64,000 nucleotides of DNA from an uncultured virus (IMG/VR IMGVR_UViG_3300002220_000771) (lineage: Duplodnaviria; Heunggongvirae; Uroviricota; Caudoviricetes). The stretch is from the IMG/VR virus record IMGVR_UViG_3300002220_000771; one strand, written 5' to 3'. The notes beneath the pieces are model-generated. The model saw only the letters and a program-made list of their open reading frames with translations. It was not told the DNA's origin and searched no databases. The position numbers were made by a program, and so were the translations under genes. Shown piece by piece: positions 9,646 to 20,880 of this stretch. The first letter of the stretch is position 1, and each line of letters opens with the position of its first letter.

Positions 9646-9948
9646 TTATTCCTTTCTATTAAAGATTTCTCGCATTCTTTTTTCTCTTTCTAACATTTCC
9701 TCAACATCCTTTGTTCGCAAGCCCCTAATAAGTGGAGTAGGAGCATGCCATCCATCACAATAGGGAATGTGTTGTAATACAAGAGGTTTCAATGTTTTTA
9801 CATAATAAAAAGCGTAACTATCAGCCATAGGAAATTTGATAACTTTATCGCCGAGTGTTTTTAATGATTTTTCCTGGTTTTCCATAGGATTTTTACCATC
9901 AGACCACTCCCAGTTTCCTGGAGCCGGTGTTTTCAATAATTTTACCAT
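9646..9948 (-). CDS. Hypothetical protein
   Basis: ORF with GAGG RBS. Confidence 0.7.
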   Translation of the reverse strand: MVKLLKTPAPGNWEWSDGKNPMENQEKSLKTLGDKVIKFPMADSYAFYYVKTLKPLVLQHIPYCDGWHAPTPLIRGLRTKDVEEMLEREKRMREIFNRKE

Positions 9949-10320
9949 TTTATTCCTCTTTTAAACTAATTTGTTTGTGATAATCTTTTTTAAAAACCCA
10001 TCGTAATGGATTATACCACTTTCTTATACCTATTTTTGTTACAGCAATTCCATAAAATATCATATCTTCAAATAAATTTTTAATTCTCATAAAGATTTTT
10101 TACATAAAATCCTTCATCAAGACCCTGAAAAGTACCCACGACATTGATGAAATCTGCGATAATAGCATCAATTTGATTTTGTTTTAAATAAAGAATGTCA
10201 AAGATTGTTGCTTGATGCATATGAGAATTACGTTCAAGACTAATTTTTGCCGTTTTAACATAATCCTTGGCAATATTTTCTAACATGTCCATTAATTCTC
10301 TTTTAGTCATTGTAACCTCC

Positions 10321-10719
10321 TTATATAACAAAATACTCATCACCATCAAATTCAATTACTGTATAATTATGTGATAAATCATTTGCAAGTTCATCCCAAT
10401 TAATATACATTGTAAGACCATTAGGAATGGTAGTACTATACATATCTTCGTAATTTTCTTTTAAATATTCTGTAAAATCATCAATTAGAATAAGATTATC
10501 ACCATTACGAACCATTGTGATTAAATCATTTTCAATCTCAAGTAGAGCTCTGTATCTAGGATCGTTAGATAAAATATCAATTTCATCTAAAATATCAGCT
10601 TTTAATTCATTAGTTAAATTATCGTTTTCAAGAGAATCTACTAAATTATCAATAGTATCTTTGATATCGTCTAATTCATATCCTAACTCATTTGCACTAA
10701 TAATATTATATTTTGCCAT
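10321..10719 (-). CDS. Acidic ArdA-like protein (possible antirestriction DNA mimic)
   Basis: Very D/E-rich; C-terminal YINWDELANDL..Y...F.G..Y resembles the ArdA C-terminus. Confidence 0.5.
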   Translation of the reverse strand: MAKYNIISANELGYELDDIKDTIDNLVDSLENDNLTNELKADILDEIDILSNDPRYRALLEIENDLITMVRNGDNLILIDDFTEYLKENYEDMYSTTIPNGLTMYINWDELANDLSHNYTVIEFDGDEYFVI

Positions 10720-12008
10720 TTTAATCACCCCACATATCAATAACCCAATATTTAAAGGTTGCCATATTACTATCTTTATTCATTGTTTCTGTCATTCTTT
10801 TTGCTTTATTTTTTGCTTTCCGTTCCGTATCAAAAATCATTTCGTTACCATTTTTATCTTTCAATACGGCTTCTCTTGTTCCAGTAACACCGCCAGACAC
10901 TCTACACATAATTTTATACATAGTATTATTCCTTTCTTACTCCATTTCAGGTGATTCGACTCTCATTGCGAGCCTATTTTTACACTTATTACATACAAAT
11001 GCCCTGGCACAGCATTCATACAGTCGATTACAATTAAAATCTTTCATTTCTTCTTTGGAACACTCAACCCGCTCATATATACCTCCACAGTCTTCGTGAA
11101 GGAATTCCGAAGCATATCTTGGCAATTCATTATATATGACCAAATATCTCATATTTTCCTCTCTTTCTTCTTTCATTTGAGATTTTTTAAGTTGGATAAA
11201 AATTGATGGTAAATATTTAAAAGCCTTGCCACCACCAAATTTTTTTATTATATCATATTCAGGAATAGGATATACATACGGATAAACGTAATATTCCCAA
11301 TTCCATCCTTTCTTATCAAATACGTGTCCGCCGATTTTTCCAATTTTTCCAAAGACTTCAACAGTATCTCCCCGCATATATTTCCTTGTAGGGATTGATA
11401 AACTGTGCATTATTTTATACATAGTATTATTCACTTTCATCTTCATCAATATCAACAGGATCATTTACAGGAAATTTATCCTGAATTTGCCCACAGTCCA
11501 AACAATATTTGAATGCAATATAATCACTTCCACCAATACCAATATCTTCTGGAACATAACCATCATACGATTTCCCTTTGAATGTATGATCGTAACAATC
11601 AGAGGTCTTTCCACTCAAATCCAAAATCCTATCACTTTTGCAACGAATACATTTTTCCATTTTTATTCCTTTGAAAGATGTTTTTGATAATTTAATAAAA
11701 ATTCTAATAAACTAGATGTTTGATCTTTTTCTCCGTTTAGTTCTTTTTTAATCCTTCAACATTTACACCAAATTCATGTGTGAAAACCGGTCTACCGAGA
11801 GTTTTTTCTATTGCTTCATGAAAAATTTCAAAAGGCATGCAGAGTTTATCTTCATAGAGTTGAAATTCAGCAATTTCTCTATGTGTCATATTCAACCAGA
11901 ATTTAGTTTTTGCTTTTTCAATTGCTTCATTTTCTGTCATTATTCAAATCCTCTAAATATCTTTCCTTGAATTTTAATATAACATAATATTTTTATTTTG
12001 TCAAAGAC

Positions 12009-12398
12009 TTATTTTTTTCTTTTTTCCTTATTTATTCTAACATTTTCCCAACATCGTTCTCTCCATACCTTAGCATATTCATTATCAGTAGGTGTTAGAA
12101 GTTTTAATATTTTTTCGGGACATTTACTTTCAACAGGACCACAATTTTCATCCATATCTTTATATCCAAAATTGTAAATGTCTTTAGGTCTGTAAGATAA
12201 CAAACAAATAATGGCAACTACAATTACACCCCCATCAGATTTATCTGTAATCTTATAAGCCAGATAAGCGGTTCTGAAGTTTTTTACACTACAGGCAATA
12301 ATTTCTCTTTTAGTATAATCATTTTCACCATTAAATCTTTCTTTGAAGAAATCTTCAATAGAGATTGATTTACTTTTATTTTCAAATGTCCATCCCAT
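12009..12398 (-). CDS. Conserved hypothetical protein (DUF6927-like)
   Basis: FGYKDMDENCGP..CP..IL..L...A..WR.RC motif. Confidence 0.6.
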   Translation of the reverse strand: MGWTFENKSKSISIEDFFKERFNGENDYTKREIIACSVKNFRTAYLAYKITDKSDGGVIVVAIICLLSYRPKDIYNFGYKDMDENCGPVESKCPEKILKLLTPTDNEYAKVWRERCWENVRINKEKRKK

Positions 12399-12782
12399 AT
12401 ATTACCTCTTGTTTTTCTTTTATTGTACAATAGAAAAATGATTTTGTCAAGAAAATTGTTAATAAACATTTATATTATTTTTACTATATAATTTTACCCT
12501 TCTTTAATCTTTTTTTAAGAACTTCATAAAGAAGATTCCATGCATTTTTTTCTGTTCTAGGAAATTTTTGAATTTTTGTAATATTATCTTTATTATCATT
12601 AAAAAATGCATTATAATTTCCCTCAAAAGTGTTTCCTGTTCCATTATTCACTATTTTTAATGTTCCAATATTTCTCTTTTTTTCTTCAAGTCCAAACGGC
12701 CATATTTCAATTTTTATTACAAGCATAACTTTTGCTCCTTTTCTTTTATTGTACAATAGAAAAATGATTTTGTCAAGAAAAT

Positions 12783-13664
12783 TTAATCTGAAATAATATT
12801 GTCAATTACATGAATTATTTTATCTGTAGGCATGTAACGTACACACATTGGATCATTTGAATTTAAAGCACATGTATTAATCCATTTTTCTGTTTTAGTA
12901 TAACAGTAGAGACAACCTATATCTGGGGAGAGTGGGTGACAATTAAACCCTAGTATTGAATTTCTAATTGGTAATAATCTTTTTGGATCGGCAATGGTAT
13001 AAATTCCTATTATTGGTATATTTGTAAGAGCGGCAAGATGTATGATACCACCATCAGCTGCTATAAGCATCTTTGCATTAGAAAAAATGTTGAGTAAATC
13101 TTCAAAACCAGTTTTGTTTATTAAGTTTAATCCTAAAGAATAATCAATTCTATAAAGAGAATTATTAATAGAATGATCTAAAAGATATTTTTTAGAGCCT
13201 ATAAACACAGGAATGAAATTTTTTTCTTTAATATAAGAAATAATTTTATTTAAAGAAATTTCTGATAATTTTCTTCGTATATCATGGTATGATGATGCTA
13301 TTATAATATGTTTTTTATTAATAAAATCATATGTTTTATTTTTCTTTATATATTTAGGATAGTTAAAATGTATTTTATCAATTTTTGTTAAATCGTTTGT
13401 AATACATAAAAAAGCATTTTCCACATAATGGTTTTCTTTTTTATCAGTATTATTTCCCCATGATGCAATTCTTATATTTTCATTCTTTGTAATATGACAT
13501 TTAATTTCATTATTTTCAAGACCAATAACTCGTAATAAACCAAATGAATTGTAATTGGTATAAATTTTTGAATTTTTATTTATATGATTAATATAATATA
13601 CTACTGCTGGGAGACTCATAATAGTGTCTCCCAGATTTGATAATGGAACATTAATATTTATCAT
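12783..13664 (-). CDS. Glycosyltransferase family 9 (heptosyltransferase-like)
   Basis: LGDTIMSLP, NLINKT and DGGIIHLAALTNIPIIGIY motifs. Confidence 0.85.
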   Translation of the reverse strand: MININVPLSNLGDTIMSLPAVVYYINHINKNSKIYTNYNSFGLLRVIGLENNEIKCHITKNENIRIASWGNNTDKKENHYVENAFLCITNDLTKIDKIHFNYPKYIKKNKTYDFINKKHIIIASSYHDIRRKLSEISLNKIISYIKEKNFIPVFIGSKKYLLDHSINNSLYRIDYSLGLNLINKTGFEDLLNIFSNAKMLIAADGGIIHLAALTNIPIIGIYTIADPKRLLPIRNSILGFNCHPLSPDIGCLYCYTKTEKWINTCALNSNDPMCVRYMPTDKIIHVIDNIISD

Positions 13665-13811
13665 ATTTTTTTATCATCAGGAAATATAATATGATCATAA
13701 TTTTTATATTCTAGTGTACATTTTTGTATAGCACCACAACGCATCCACAAGGGTAATATAATCTTAGGTTTAAATATTAAATCAAGTAATTGTTTTAACA
13801 TCTTATTCTCC

Positions 13812-14303
13812 TTATACATTCATTAATTTATCATATAATTTTAAAACTTTTTCAGCTTGTCTAATTCCTTCTTCTGGTGGATTATGACCCCATCCTTTAT
13901 ATAAACATATAGCTTTTAGAACATTTCCTTTAGTAATTGTAAGTTTTTCCCTCATAATTCGTGAACCAATCATTATATTTTCAGTAGGTTCATATAAAGC
14001 AAATGGAATTTGCATATAACCTTCATAATCTTTTGATGATTTAGCATATTTATTAAATGTAGATTCTGTAAATATGAGTGCAATAATAAATTCTGGTGTA
14101 AGATTATGTTGTTCTGATGCTATTTTTATTCCTTTTGCAATTTCAGTTGCATGTTTACCATGAACACCAACATAATTTAAACTTTCAATTATTTTTGTAT
14201 CATTTTGAATACTTATTGGTGTAAAAATATTCCACGTAAAAAATAATTGAATTCCAAATAATAATCCAATTACAGTTAATGTTATTGATTTCATTAAGTT
14301 CAT
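13812..14303 (-). CDS. Lytic transglycosylase (SLT) with N-terminal TM/signal
   Basis: ALIFTESTFN..A.S..GYMQI..NI..G motifs. Confidence 0.85.
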   Translation of the reverse strand: MNLMKSITLTVIGLLFGIQLFFTWNIFTPISIQNDTKIIESLNYVGVHGKHATEIAKGIKIASEQHNLTPEFIIALIFTESTFNKYAKSSKDYEGYMQIPFALYEPTENIMIGSRIMREKLTITKGNVLKAICLYKGWGHNPPEEGIRQAEKVLKLYDKLMNV

Positions 14304-14311
14304 ATAATCTC

Positions 14312-14524
14312 CTATGGCCTAAGCTTGAGATCATACACCTTATTATCAATAATTATACCTTGTAATTTTACAGCATCTTGTGCTCTAATATCATAAATTT
14401 TTGAGGCGATGTTGGCCCCTAATGACATACCAATAAGAATGAGAAATAAAACCCAAAAGCCTGCCTTCTGAAACTTAATTGATATTTGATGTAGAATCTC
14501 TTTTATTTTATTTTTATCTAACAT
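14312..14524 (-). CDS. Single-TM protein upstream of SLT
   Basis: Hydrophobic segment; adjacent to the SLT gene. Confidence 0.6.
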   Translation of the reverse strand: MLDKNKIKEILHQISIKFQKAGFWVLFLILIGMSLGANIASKIYDIRAQDAVKLQGIIIDNKVYDLKLRP

Positions 14525-15028
14525 TTTAAATCCTTTCTGAGTATTGAGGTCGTTTTCCATTTTTTCCATTTATAAGATATGTAATAATATCATTAACTAA
14601 TTTATCACATTCATCACATCTCATGGTGGTTTCTTTTCCTCTTATTTTTCTACAACCTATACATAATCCATCAATATCAAATTGTTTTCTATTTTTAATA
14701 TGTAACGGTTCCTGTAGCTTTATATTGGATGTAGTTTTTAGTAATTTTCTTTCTAATTTTTTAATTTGCTTATCTTTTTTCTTATCTTGTCTAATTCGTT
14801 TTCTTCTTAATTTTTGTAGCTTTTTTTGATTCAATATTTATTATCCTTGAAGCAAGTATGCTCGTAGTTATTTAGATATTTTTGTTAAAAACATCATGTG
14901 CAATTTGTGAAATTATAAGTCCTATAATAAGACCAGAGCCAAAAACCCCCCCAACCAATGAGATTTCATTGCTGCCGGTATTTGTAACACTAAACAAAGA
15001 AAATAAATTATGTATATAAGAAAGTTCG

Positions 15029-15310
15029 TCATTCTATATCACCTTCAATCTCAAAGATTTGACCTTTATATTCAACTTTTAATAGACCCTCAATAGGTAT
15101 CATTCTATATCCATCTTTATCAAGATCAAATGCAACAATTAAATTATGTTCTTTAGGAACAAATGGCAAACCTACTCCTTTAAGGTCTTTCTTGACACCT
15201 AATTGAGCACGCATTTCCCTTACTTCACCTGTCGTTCTTTTATTAAAAATACAGAAAAAAGGTTCATTATTGGTATTGAAAATTATGTTCGCTAAATCTC
15301 TTGAAGTCAT
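15029..15310 (-). CDS. SH3-like/WYL_2 (DUF2693-like) phage protein
   Basis: F.KRTTGEVREM..FDLDKDGYRMIP. Confidence 0.6.
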   Translation of the reverse strand: MTSRDLANIIFNTNNEPFFCIFNKRTTGEVREMRAQLGVKKDLKGVGLPFVPKEHNLIVAFDLDKDGYRMIPIEGLLKVEYKGQIFEIEGDIE

Positions 15311-15764
15311 ATTATTTTACTCCTTTTCTATTGAAACTGAAATCCACCAAAGACCCAAACCAACAGCCTCCCATGATATATAATGTGGATTGCCACCATA
15401 TTTGGATACAGAACCCAAAATTAACATTATTAATCCACCTAATATTAATGTATATCTATTTAATTTCATTGTTTTTCTTCTTTCTTATAAAGAAAAGAAC
15501 CCTGAATCAAGAATATCAAGAATATCAAGGAATTCTATTGGAAACCAACCGTGTTGAATACTTCTTGCATATAATTTGTTCGGGGATATTTCTACTATAA
15601 TAACTGCTTCTATTTCATTTGTTAGTGCATTAACTCTTATTCTATTAGAAAGATTTTTAACAAGATATCTTTTTCCAATTTCAATTTTTATTTCCATTAT
15701 CTTTCCCTAATTTTTCTTTAATATACCATAATTCATATTATTTGTCAAGGAAAAAATAAGCATA

Positions 15765-15803
15765 ATAATAGCGTGAAATAAAATCACGCTATTATTTTTT
15801 ATT
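15765..15803. terminator. Inverted repeat/terminator
   Basis: AATAATAGCGTGA-loop-TCACGCTATTATT downstream of 15805..16875. Confidence 0.65.
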
Positions 15804-15804
15804 T

Positions 15805-16860
15805 TTATACAACGTCATCAGAATGTAATAAAGAATCTAAATCTTGATATGTGGTAAATTCATCAGAAAAATCATATGAGTTATGATGTACTTTAGGATC
15901 GTTTATTGTATATGATGCATCGTTTTTTTCTTCCCATATAGTTCCAATAGAAACATCTATAATTTCAAATGTTAATGTTTCACCAGAATCAGGTATTGAA
16001 TCACTTATAGCATGAATCACAACATCAAACGGATTACCTTGTAAATTTACCTCTTTTCCTGAAATGTTTGTTAATGTTACAGTCAATAAATTATTTTCTA
16101 ATATCCAATCAGCAGTAAATTCATTTGATGGTTCGATTGCTGTGATATTGAAATCATTTTCTGTTGCTGTTCCAGTGATTTCCATTGTTACAGTAACTTT
16201 CCCACCATCATCAATCACTCCAGTATGTCCGAGAGGTTTATATTGTACATTAAATGTTATATCATTTCCTTCAATAATTGTTTTTCCAATTTGAGAAATA
16301 AACCACTGCCCTCCTTCAACTGGCGGCTCAACTGGCGGCTCAACTGGCGGCTCAACTGGCGGCTCAACAGGCGGCTCAACTGGCGGCTCAACTGGCGTGG
16401 TGGTTTCATCAATACCCGGTAATGTATCAACTGTATCAAATAAAAATCCTACAGTTTCCGCACCACTATGAGGAGTAACTTCTTCACCTGTTAATGCAAA
16501 TTTTACTATATCATGTGATCCTGCACCACCTGCACCACCTGCAGCAGTTGCTTCTAATTCTATATCTTCTCCAGATAAAAGAGAATCTTCGATTTGATCA
16601 ATATTTTCTTTTACTTCTAATATCATTGTTTTTGCAGACATAAAATCATTTTCATTTAAAACAGTTTCAGTAAATCTTCCAAGATGAAGTTGGCCTAATG
16701 ACACATCACTAAATTTAATTGTTGCCATTCCATCAACATCAGTAATAATTTTTTCACCCTCATAAACAAGATCATTTACACCCAATATCCTTTCAGTACC
16801 ATTAGGTAATAAAGCCTTTACTGTACCATATTTTATGATAACTTTTCCAATTACTTTCAT
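15805..16860 (-). CDS. Retention-module (LapA/RTX adhesin N-terminus-like) protein with PPVE linker and one Calx-beta-like domain
   Basis: IGKV...GTVKA..PNGTERIL..D.VY.GE.I.T N-terminus; LEATAAG; IIEG..TF.V..D...D.GETLT. Confidence 0.75.
   Translation of the reverse strand: MKVIGKVIIKYGTVKALLPNGTERILGVNDLVYEGEKIITDVDGMATIKFSDVSLGQLHLGRFTETVLNENDFMSAKTMILEVKENIDQIEDSLLSGEDIELEATAAGGAGGAGSHDIVKFALTGEEVTPHSGAETVGFLFDTVDTLPGIDETTTPVEPPVEPPVEPPVEPPVEPPVEPPVEGGQWFISQIGKTIIEGNDITFNVQYKPLGHTGVIDDGGKVTVTMEITGTATENDFNITAIEPSNEFTADWILENNLLTVTLTNISGKEVNLQGNPFDVVIHAISDSIPDSGETLTFEIIDVSIGTIWEEKNDASYTINDPKVHHNSYDFSDEFTTYQDLDSLLHSDDVV
16318..16397. repeat. 12-bp tandem repeat encoding (PPVE)n
   Basis: AACTGGCGGCTC units. 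Confidence 0.95.
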
Positions 16861-18670
16861 TTTTAATACCTCCAATGTTTTCTTTACTATTATTTATCAT
16901 AAAAAACATTGTCTGTCAATGGTATCTTAGTCCAATACTGGAGCGAGTGTTTAAGGGTATTCATGGAGAGTGTGAAAATTTTGAGGGTATTACAAGAATA
17001 TTTAGTTACCGTTTTCATCAGGTGGATTATCACCAGATAGTTCATTATTTTTTTCTACCATATGTAGTACATTATTAATAGCATCTTCGTAAGTATGGGC
17101 AGATTCTGCAAGACCATATCTTCTAATATAACCTTGAATTTTACATCCATTTATAAATGATGCTTTTTCATATTGAAATGACCATGCATCATTTTTTGCA
17201 ATTTTTTTCATAACATCACATGCTTCATTGAATGTCATTTTTATTCTCCTTTCTTTCTAATTTTGGATATTGTGCAAGATCTTTACATAATTCATTTATT
17301 TTTAATAAGAAATAATTTTTACAAAGTTTATGTGAATAACCAAATAATATTATTTTACCTTCATCGTTTGATACGTCATGTACATCTACTTGAAAAGGCA
17401 TATATGTTTTGCTATAAATTTCTTTACCGCAGAACATACATTTATTCCATACTATAGGATCATTATTAGCTTTCATCGTCTTGTTCCTATTCCTAAATAT
17501 AATAAAGTTAAAAATAATGATATTGTCATTCTTAACATATTATCAGTGAAAATACACCAAATAAAAGATATACCCGGTGTTAGTATTGTTGACCATATAT
17601 AATGCTCATTGAGCCACCAATTAATAAAATCCATATTATTACCACTTTCTCATTACATATTCAATAATTACATCTTGAAGAACCGATAAATCATCAACAT
17701 TTAAATTTGGTTCTTTATCCCATTCAAAGTTTAAAAATTCTTGAATATCCGCAAAACCATCATTTGAATGTATGGCGATATTAACTTCACCATCATATTC
17801 ATCATTTTCAATTAAAAATGTAAATGGTACATTATAATATGAAGTTTTACTATATTCATGAGAATTACCGATTTTTATTTTCTGTTCTATTATTTTTCTT
17901 TCCATATCATACCTTTTTTATATGTTTCCGCTTGTTGATAAGTTAAAAATTGTAAATCATTTCCTACATTATCTTTTACAACAGTTTGAGTATCATAATC
18001 CCAAATTACAAAAAATGATTTACCTTTATCTGGATTCACACATTCAATTATTGTTGATTTCATTATATTTTCACTCCATTTTTACTCCATGATAATCTAT
18101 AAGTTTATGTAATTCATTTCTCATATCTTCTAAAGCAGTTAAAATTTCTTCTGAATATTTTGGTGAATTATATTTGATCAAATTTCTTAAAATTTGATCA
18201 AAATCCCATACAATACAATACCAATTAGAAGCATTGATTGCTAATTGAAATTCATTTTGTTCCTCTGGTAATCTAAATTCTATTGTTGCTTTCATCCGTT
18301 TAACTCTATTTCTTCAATTATTTCATTGGTTATTAATTCTTCTAATTCTAACAATGTTTCTGGTTTCACATCCGGTAAATCTTCCCATCCAAAATCTGTC
18401 GGAACTAAATCATCATCTTCTTCATTATTTTTAATATATGTTATCCATCCACTAAATGTTTCGTCACCAATCATAACTTCAAATTCTACTCGTTGTTCTA
18501 TACTAATTGTTTCTGGTTTGCCTATTTTTATTTTCATATACACCCCTATAATTTTTTAATTTCAATCTCATTTTGTAGTATATCTTAACATAATAAAATT
18601 TGATTGTCAAGAAAAAAATAATCCTATACATATAAAAATATAGGATTATTTTTAATAATGAAAATTATTT

Positions 18671-18732
18671 TTATTTAATTTCAATTTTAGTTGTTTCTTT
18701 CTTTTCAGGTTTAATTACAATGTAAAGAACAC
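18671..18732 (-). pseudogene. C-terminal remnant of an Hsp20/alpha-crystallin gene
   Basis: Translates VLYIVIKPEKKETTKIEIK-stop (IxI tail); no intact 5' part. Confidence 0.5.
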
Positions 18733-19122
18733 TTTTTAAAATTTAGAATTTTTTAAAATTATTAAGTTTTAAGGTCTTTACTATCATCTAATACCCATTG
18801 TAATACATTAATTTGGGCTATTATATCCTTTTTTTTACTTAAACTATAATTCTTATTTTTGACATCTTGGATAAGTTCATCTATTTTATCCATAATTTCA
18901 TTTGCATTTCTCATATATTTCATTATCATTTCTCCATATTTAATATATTTAATATTTCATTCCTGAAAGAAGGATTTCTTTCAATACATATTACCTCATT
19001 ATTTTTACATGATAATATTCTACATGGAACATAATCATACATATGATAATCATAATGAGAACATTCAAAGTCTTCACATTCGCCTGATATTGCAGCTTCA
19101 CATTTTACAATTTTTGGTATTG

Positions 19123-19647
19123 TCATTTTTTCACCAAGTTAAAATTATCTGGCTTATTTTTCATTATTTCCTTTATCTGGTTAAATGATACAGGGTAGAA
19201 ATTATTATTATCCACTCCAATATCATACTGCTTTCCCATTATATTTAGATTGAGATTTCCATGTGAGTGACCATACAATTGCCATGAACCATAATGAGAT
19301 CTTGGCCAAGTTAGCATTGCATAATGACATACAACAACATATTGATCTTCAATTTGTTTAGCCCATCCAGAAAAGGAATCGCCTTTCATCCACTTGTCAT
19401 GACTACCTTTCAGAAATATATGCTCACCATTCAGTTGCTTTATATACTTATCAACCGGTAGTTTATTACGGAACGCAAAATCACCGGCATGAATTACTAT
19501 ATCACTATTAGATACAACCTCATTATGCCTTCTAATAATTTCCTGATCCATTTCATATATATTATCAAATGGTCTATTACAGAATTTGATTATACTTGAA
19601 TCCCCTTTTGCATGCCCATAATGTTCATCTGAAGTAAAAAAATACAT
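19123..19647 (-). CDS. Calcineurin-like metallophosphoesterase
   Basis: SDEHYGH, GDF, GSHD, GHSH motifs; start moved to MYFFTSD to avoid the tRNA. Confidence 0.9.
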   Translation of the reverse strand: MYFFTSDEHYGHAKGDSSIIKFCNRPFDNIYEMDQEIIRRHNEVVSNSDIVIHAGDFAFRNKLPVDKYIKQLNGEHIFLKGSHDKWMKGDSFSGWAKQIEDQYVVVCHYAMLTWPRSHYGSWQLYGHSHGNLNLNIMGKQYDIGVDNNNFYPVSFNQIKEIMKNKPDNFNLVKK

Positions 19648-19668
19648 ATTTTTTTTCCTTTTTAATAT

Positions 19669-19745
19669 TGGAGGGGCTAGGGGGATTCGAACCCACCATA
19701 TTACCTGTTTAGAAGACAGGTGCGTATCCATTACGCTATAGCCCC
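19669..19745 (-). tRNA. tRNA-Arg(TCT)
   Basis: Cloverleaf, encoded CCA. Confidence 0.95.
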
Positions 19746-19753
19746 TTATTTTA

Positions 19754-19841
19754 TGGCGGAGAGGACAGGTTACGCTCCTGCAAAGGTTTTATCCCCGGCT
19801 GCTTTCAAGGCAGTTTCCCACTCTATACTAGGCACCTCTCC
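19754..19841 (-). tRNA. tRNA-Ser(TGA)
   Basis: Cloverleaf with long variable arm, GCCA end. Confidence 0.85.
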
Positions 19842-19850
19842 ATATTTTTA

Positions 19851-20231
19851 TTAATTCATATTTCTTTCAATAAGACCCATCAATATTTTTTCAAAAACTG
19901 ATAAAGATGGCATATATGTAGATTTACAATAAAATTCATCATAAATTTTTGTTGGAATATCCCAATCAAATGATACATCTAACATATAATCCATTAAAGC
20001 ATCTGCTTCATATCGTTTAATATACATATCATTTTTTTTACTAAAAAGAGCTTTAATTGCCCTTTTTCTTGCTAACCGTCTTCCTTCTTTTTTTATAGGT
20101 ATATCAAGATCTGAACAAACAGAAATACCTCTTGAATACTCATCATTTTTTCTCATGATACATACAGTTACTATAGGACGGTATTTTCTATCTCTTAAAT
20201 AATAATAATATTCTTGATCCGGTTTAAACAT
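19851..20231 (-). CDS. Hypothetical phage protein
   Basis: RGISVCSDLD...K..GR..A..RA motif. Confidence 0.75.
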   Translation of the reverse strand: MFKPDQEYYYYLRDRKYRPIVTVCIMRKNDEYSRGISVCSDLDIPIKKEGRRLARKRAIKALFSKKNDMYIKRYEADALMDYMLDVSFDWDIPTKIYDEFYCKSTYMPSLSVFEKILMGLIERNMN

Positions 20232-20256
20232 AACATATTTTCCTTTCTTATTTATT

Positions 20257-20454
20257 TATTACTTTAGTACCCCTGATTTTGTTTTATGATTACATTCCTC
20301 TTGTGGCGTCCTACCCAGCCATCATTATACTGCTCACCTATTCCGGCTCTATTTGGACTCGCACCCTCTATAGTCAAAACGATTTTTCAATCTCCTATAT
20401 TAGAGCAGTGGTGTCAGGTGGTTCCTCTCCGTAGAGCGTAATCTCAAAGTAATA
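20257..20454 (-). ncRNA. rnpB: Minimal RNase P RNA-like gene
   Basis: P1 TATTACTTTG/TAAAGTAATA; P2 GATTAC/GTAATC; short P3; GAGGAAccaccTGA with ACAAAATCAGGGGTA forming a P4-like pseudoknot; own promoter. Confidence 0.7.
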
Positions 20455-20521
20455 TTGTATTATCTTTTAACCATTTTTTATAATATATCATATTTTATTT
20501 ATATTGTCAAGAAAAATATTT

Positions 20522-20609
20522 TGGTAGGGCGGATAGGATTTGAACCTATACGAATATAAAATCCATGAGGGCTTAAGCCTCATGCGGCTACCAATTACGC
20601 CACCGCCCC
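20522..20609 (-). tRNA. tRNA-Leu(TAA)
   Basis: Cloverleaf, variable arm, CCA. Confidence 0.95.
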
Positions 20610-20618
20610 ACTATGTTT

Positions 20619-20703
20619 TGGTGCCGATGGTAGGAGTTGAACCTACACGCCTTTAGGCAATAGTGTCTAAGACTATCGTGGCTTCCAATTACACCACACC
20701 GGC
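20619..20703 (-). tRNA. tRNA-Leu(TAG)
   Basis: Cloverleaf, variable arm, CCA. Confidence 0.95.
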
Positions 20704-20712
20704 AAATTGTTT

Positions 20713-20788
20713 TGGTGAGAGCGGGGGGAATTGAACCCTCCGATACCGACATTAAAAGTGTCGTGCCATACCACTTGGCTACGCTCCC
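20713..20788 (-). tRNA. tRNA-Lys(TTT)
   Basis: Cloverleaf, CCA. Confidence 0.95.
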
Positions 20789-20794
20789 ATGTTC

Positions 20795-20876
20795 TGGAGG
20801 CCCTGATGGGACTTGAACCCACATGCATCCATTACGGTTTATTGCAGAATTTAGGAAATTCATCCGTTACAGAGCC
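20795..20876 (-). tRNA. Atypical tRNA-Arg(CCT) with displaced D-arm
   Basis: 7-bp acceptor stem, T-arm, CCA and anticodon arm present; D-loop-like sequence lies 3' of the anticodon arm. Confidence 0.7.
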
Positions 20877-20880
20877 TCAA

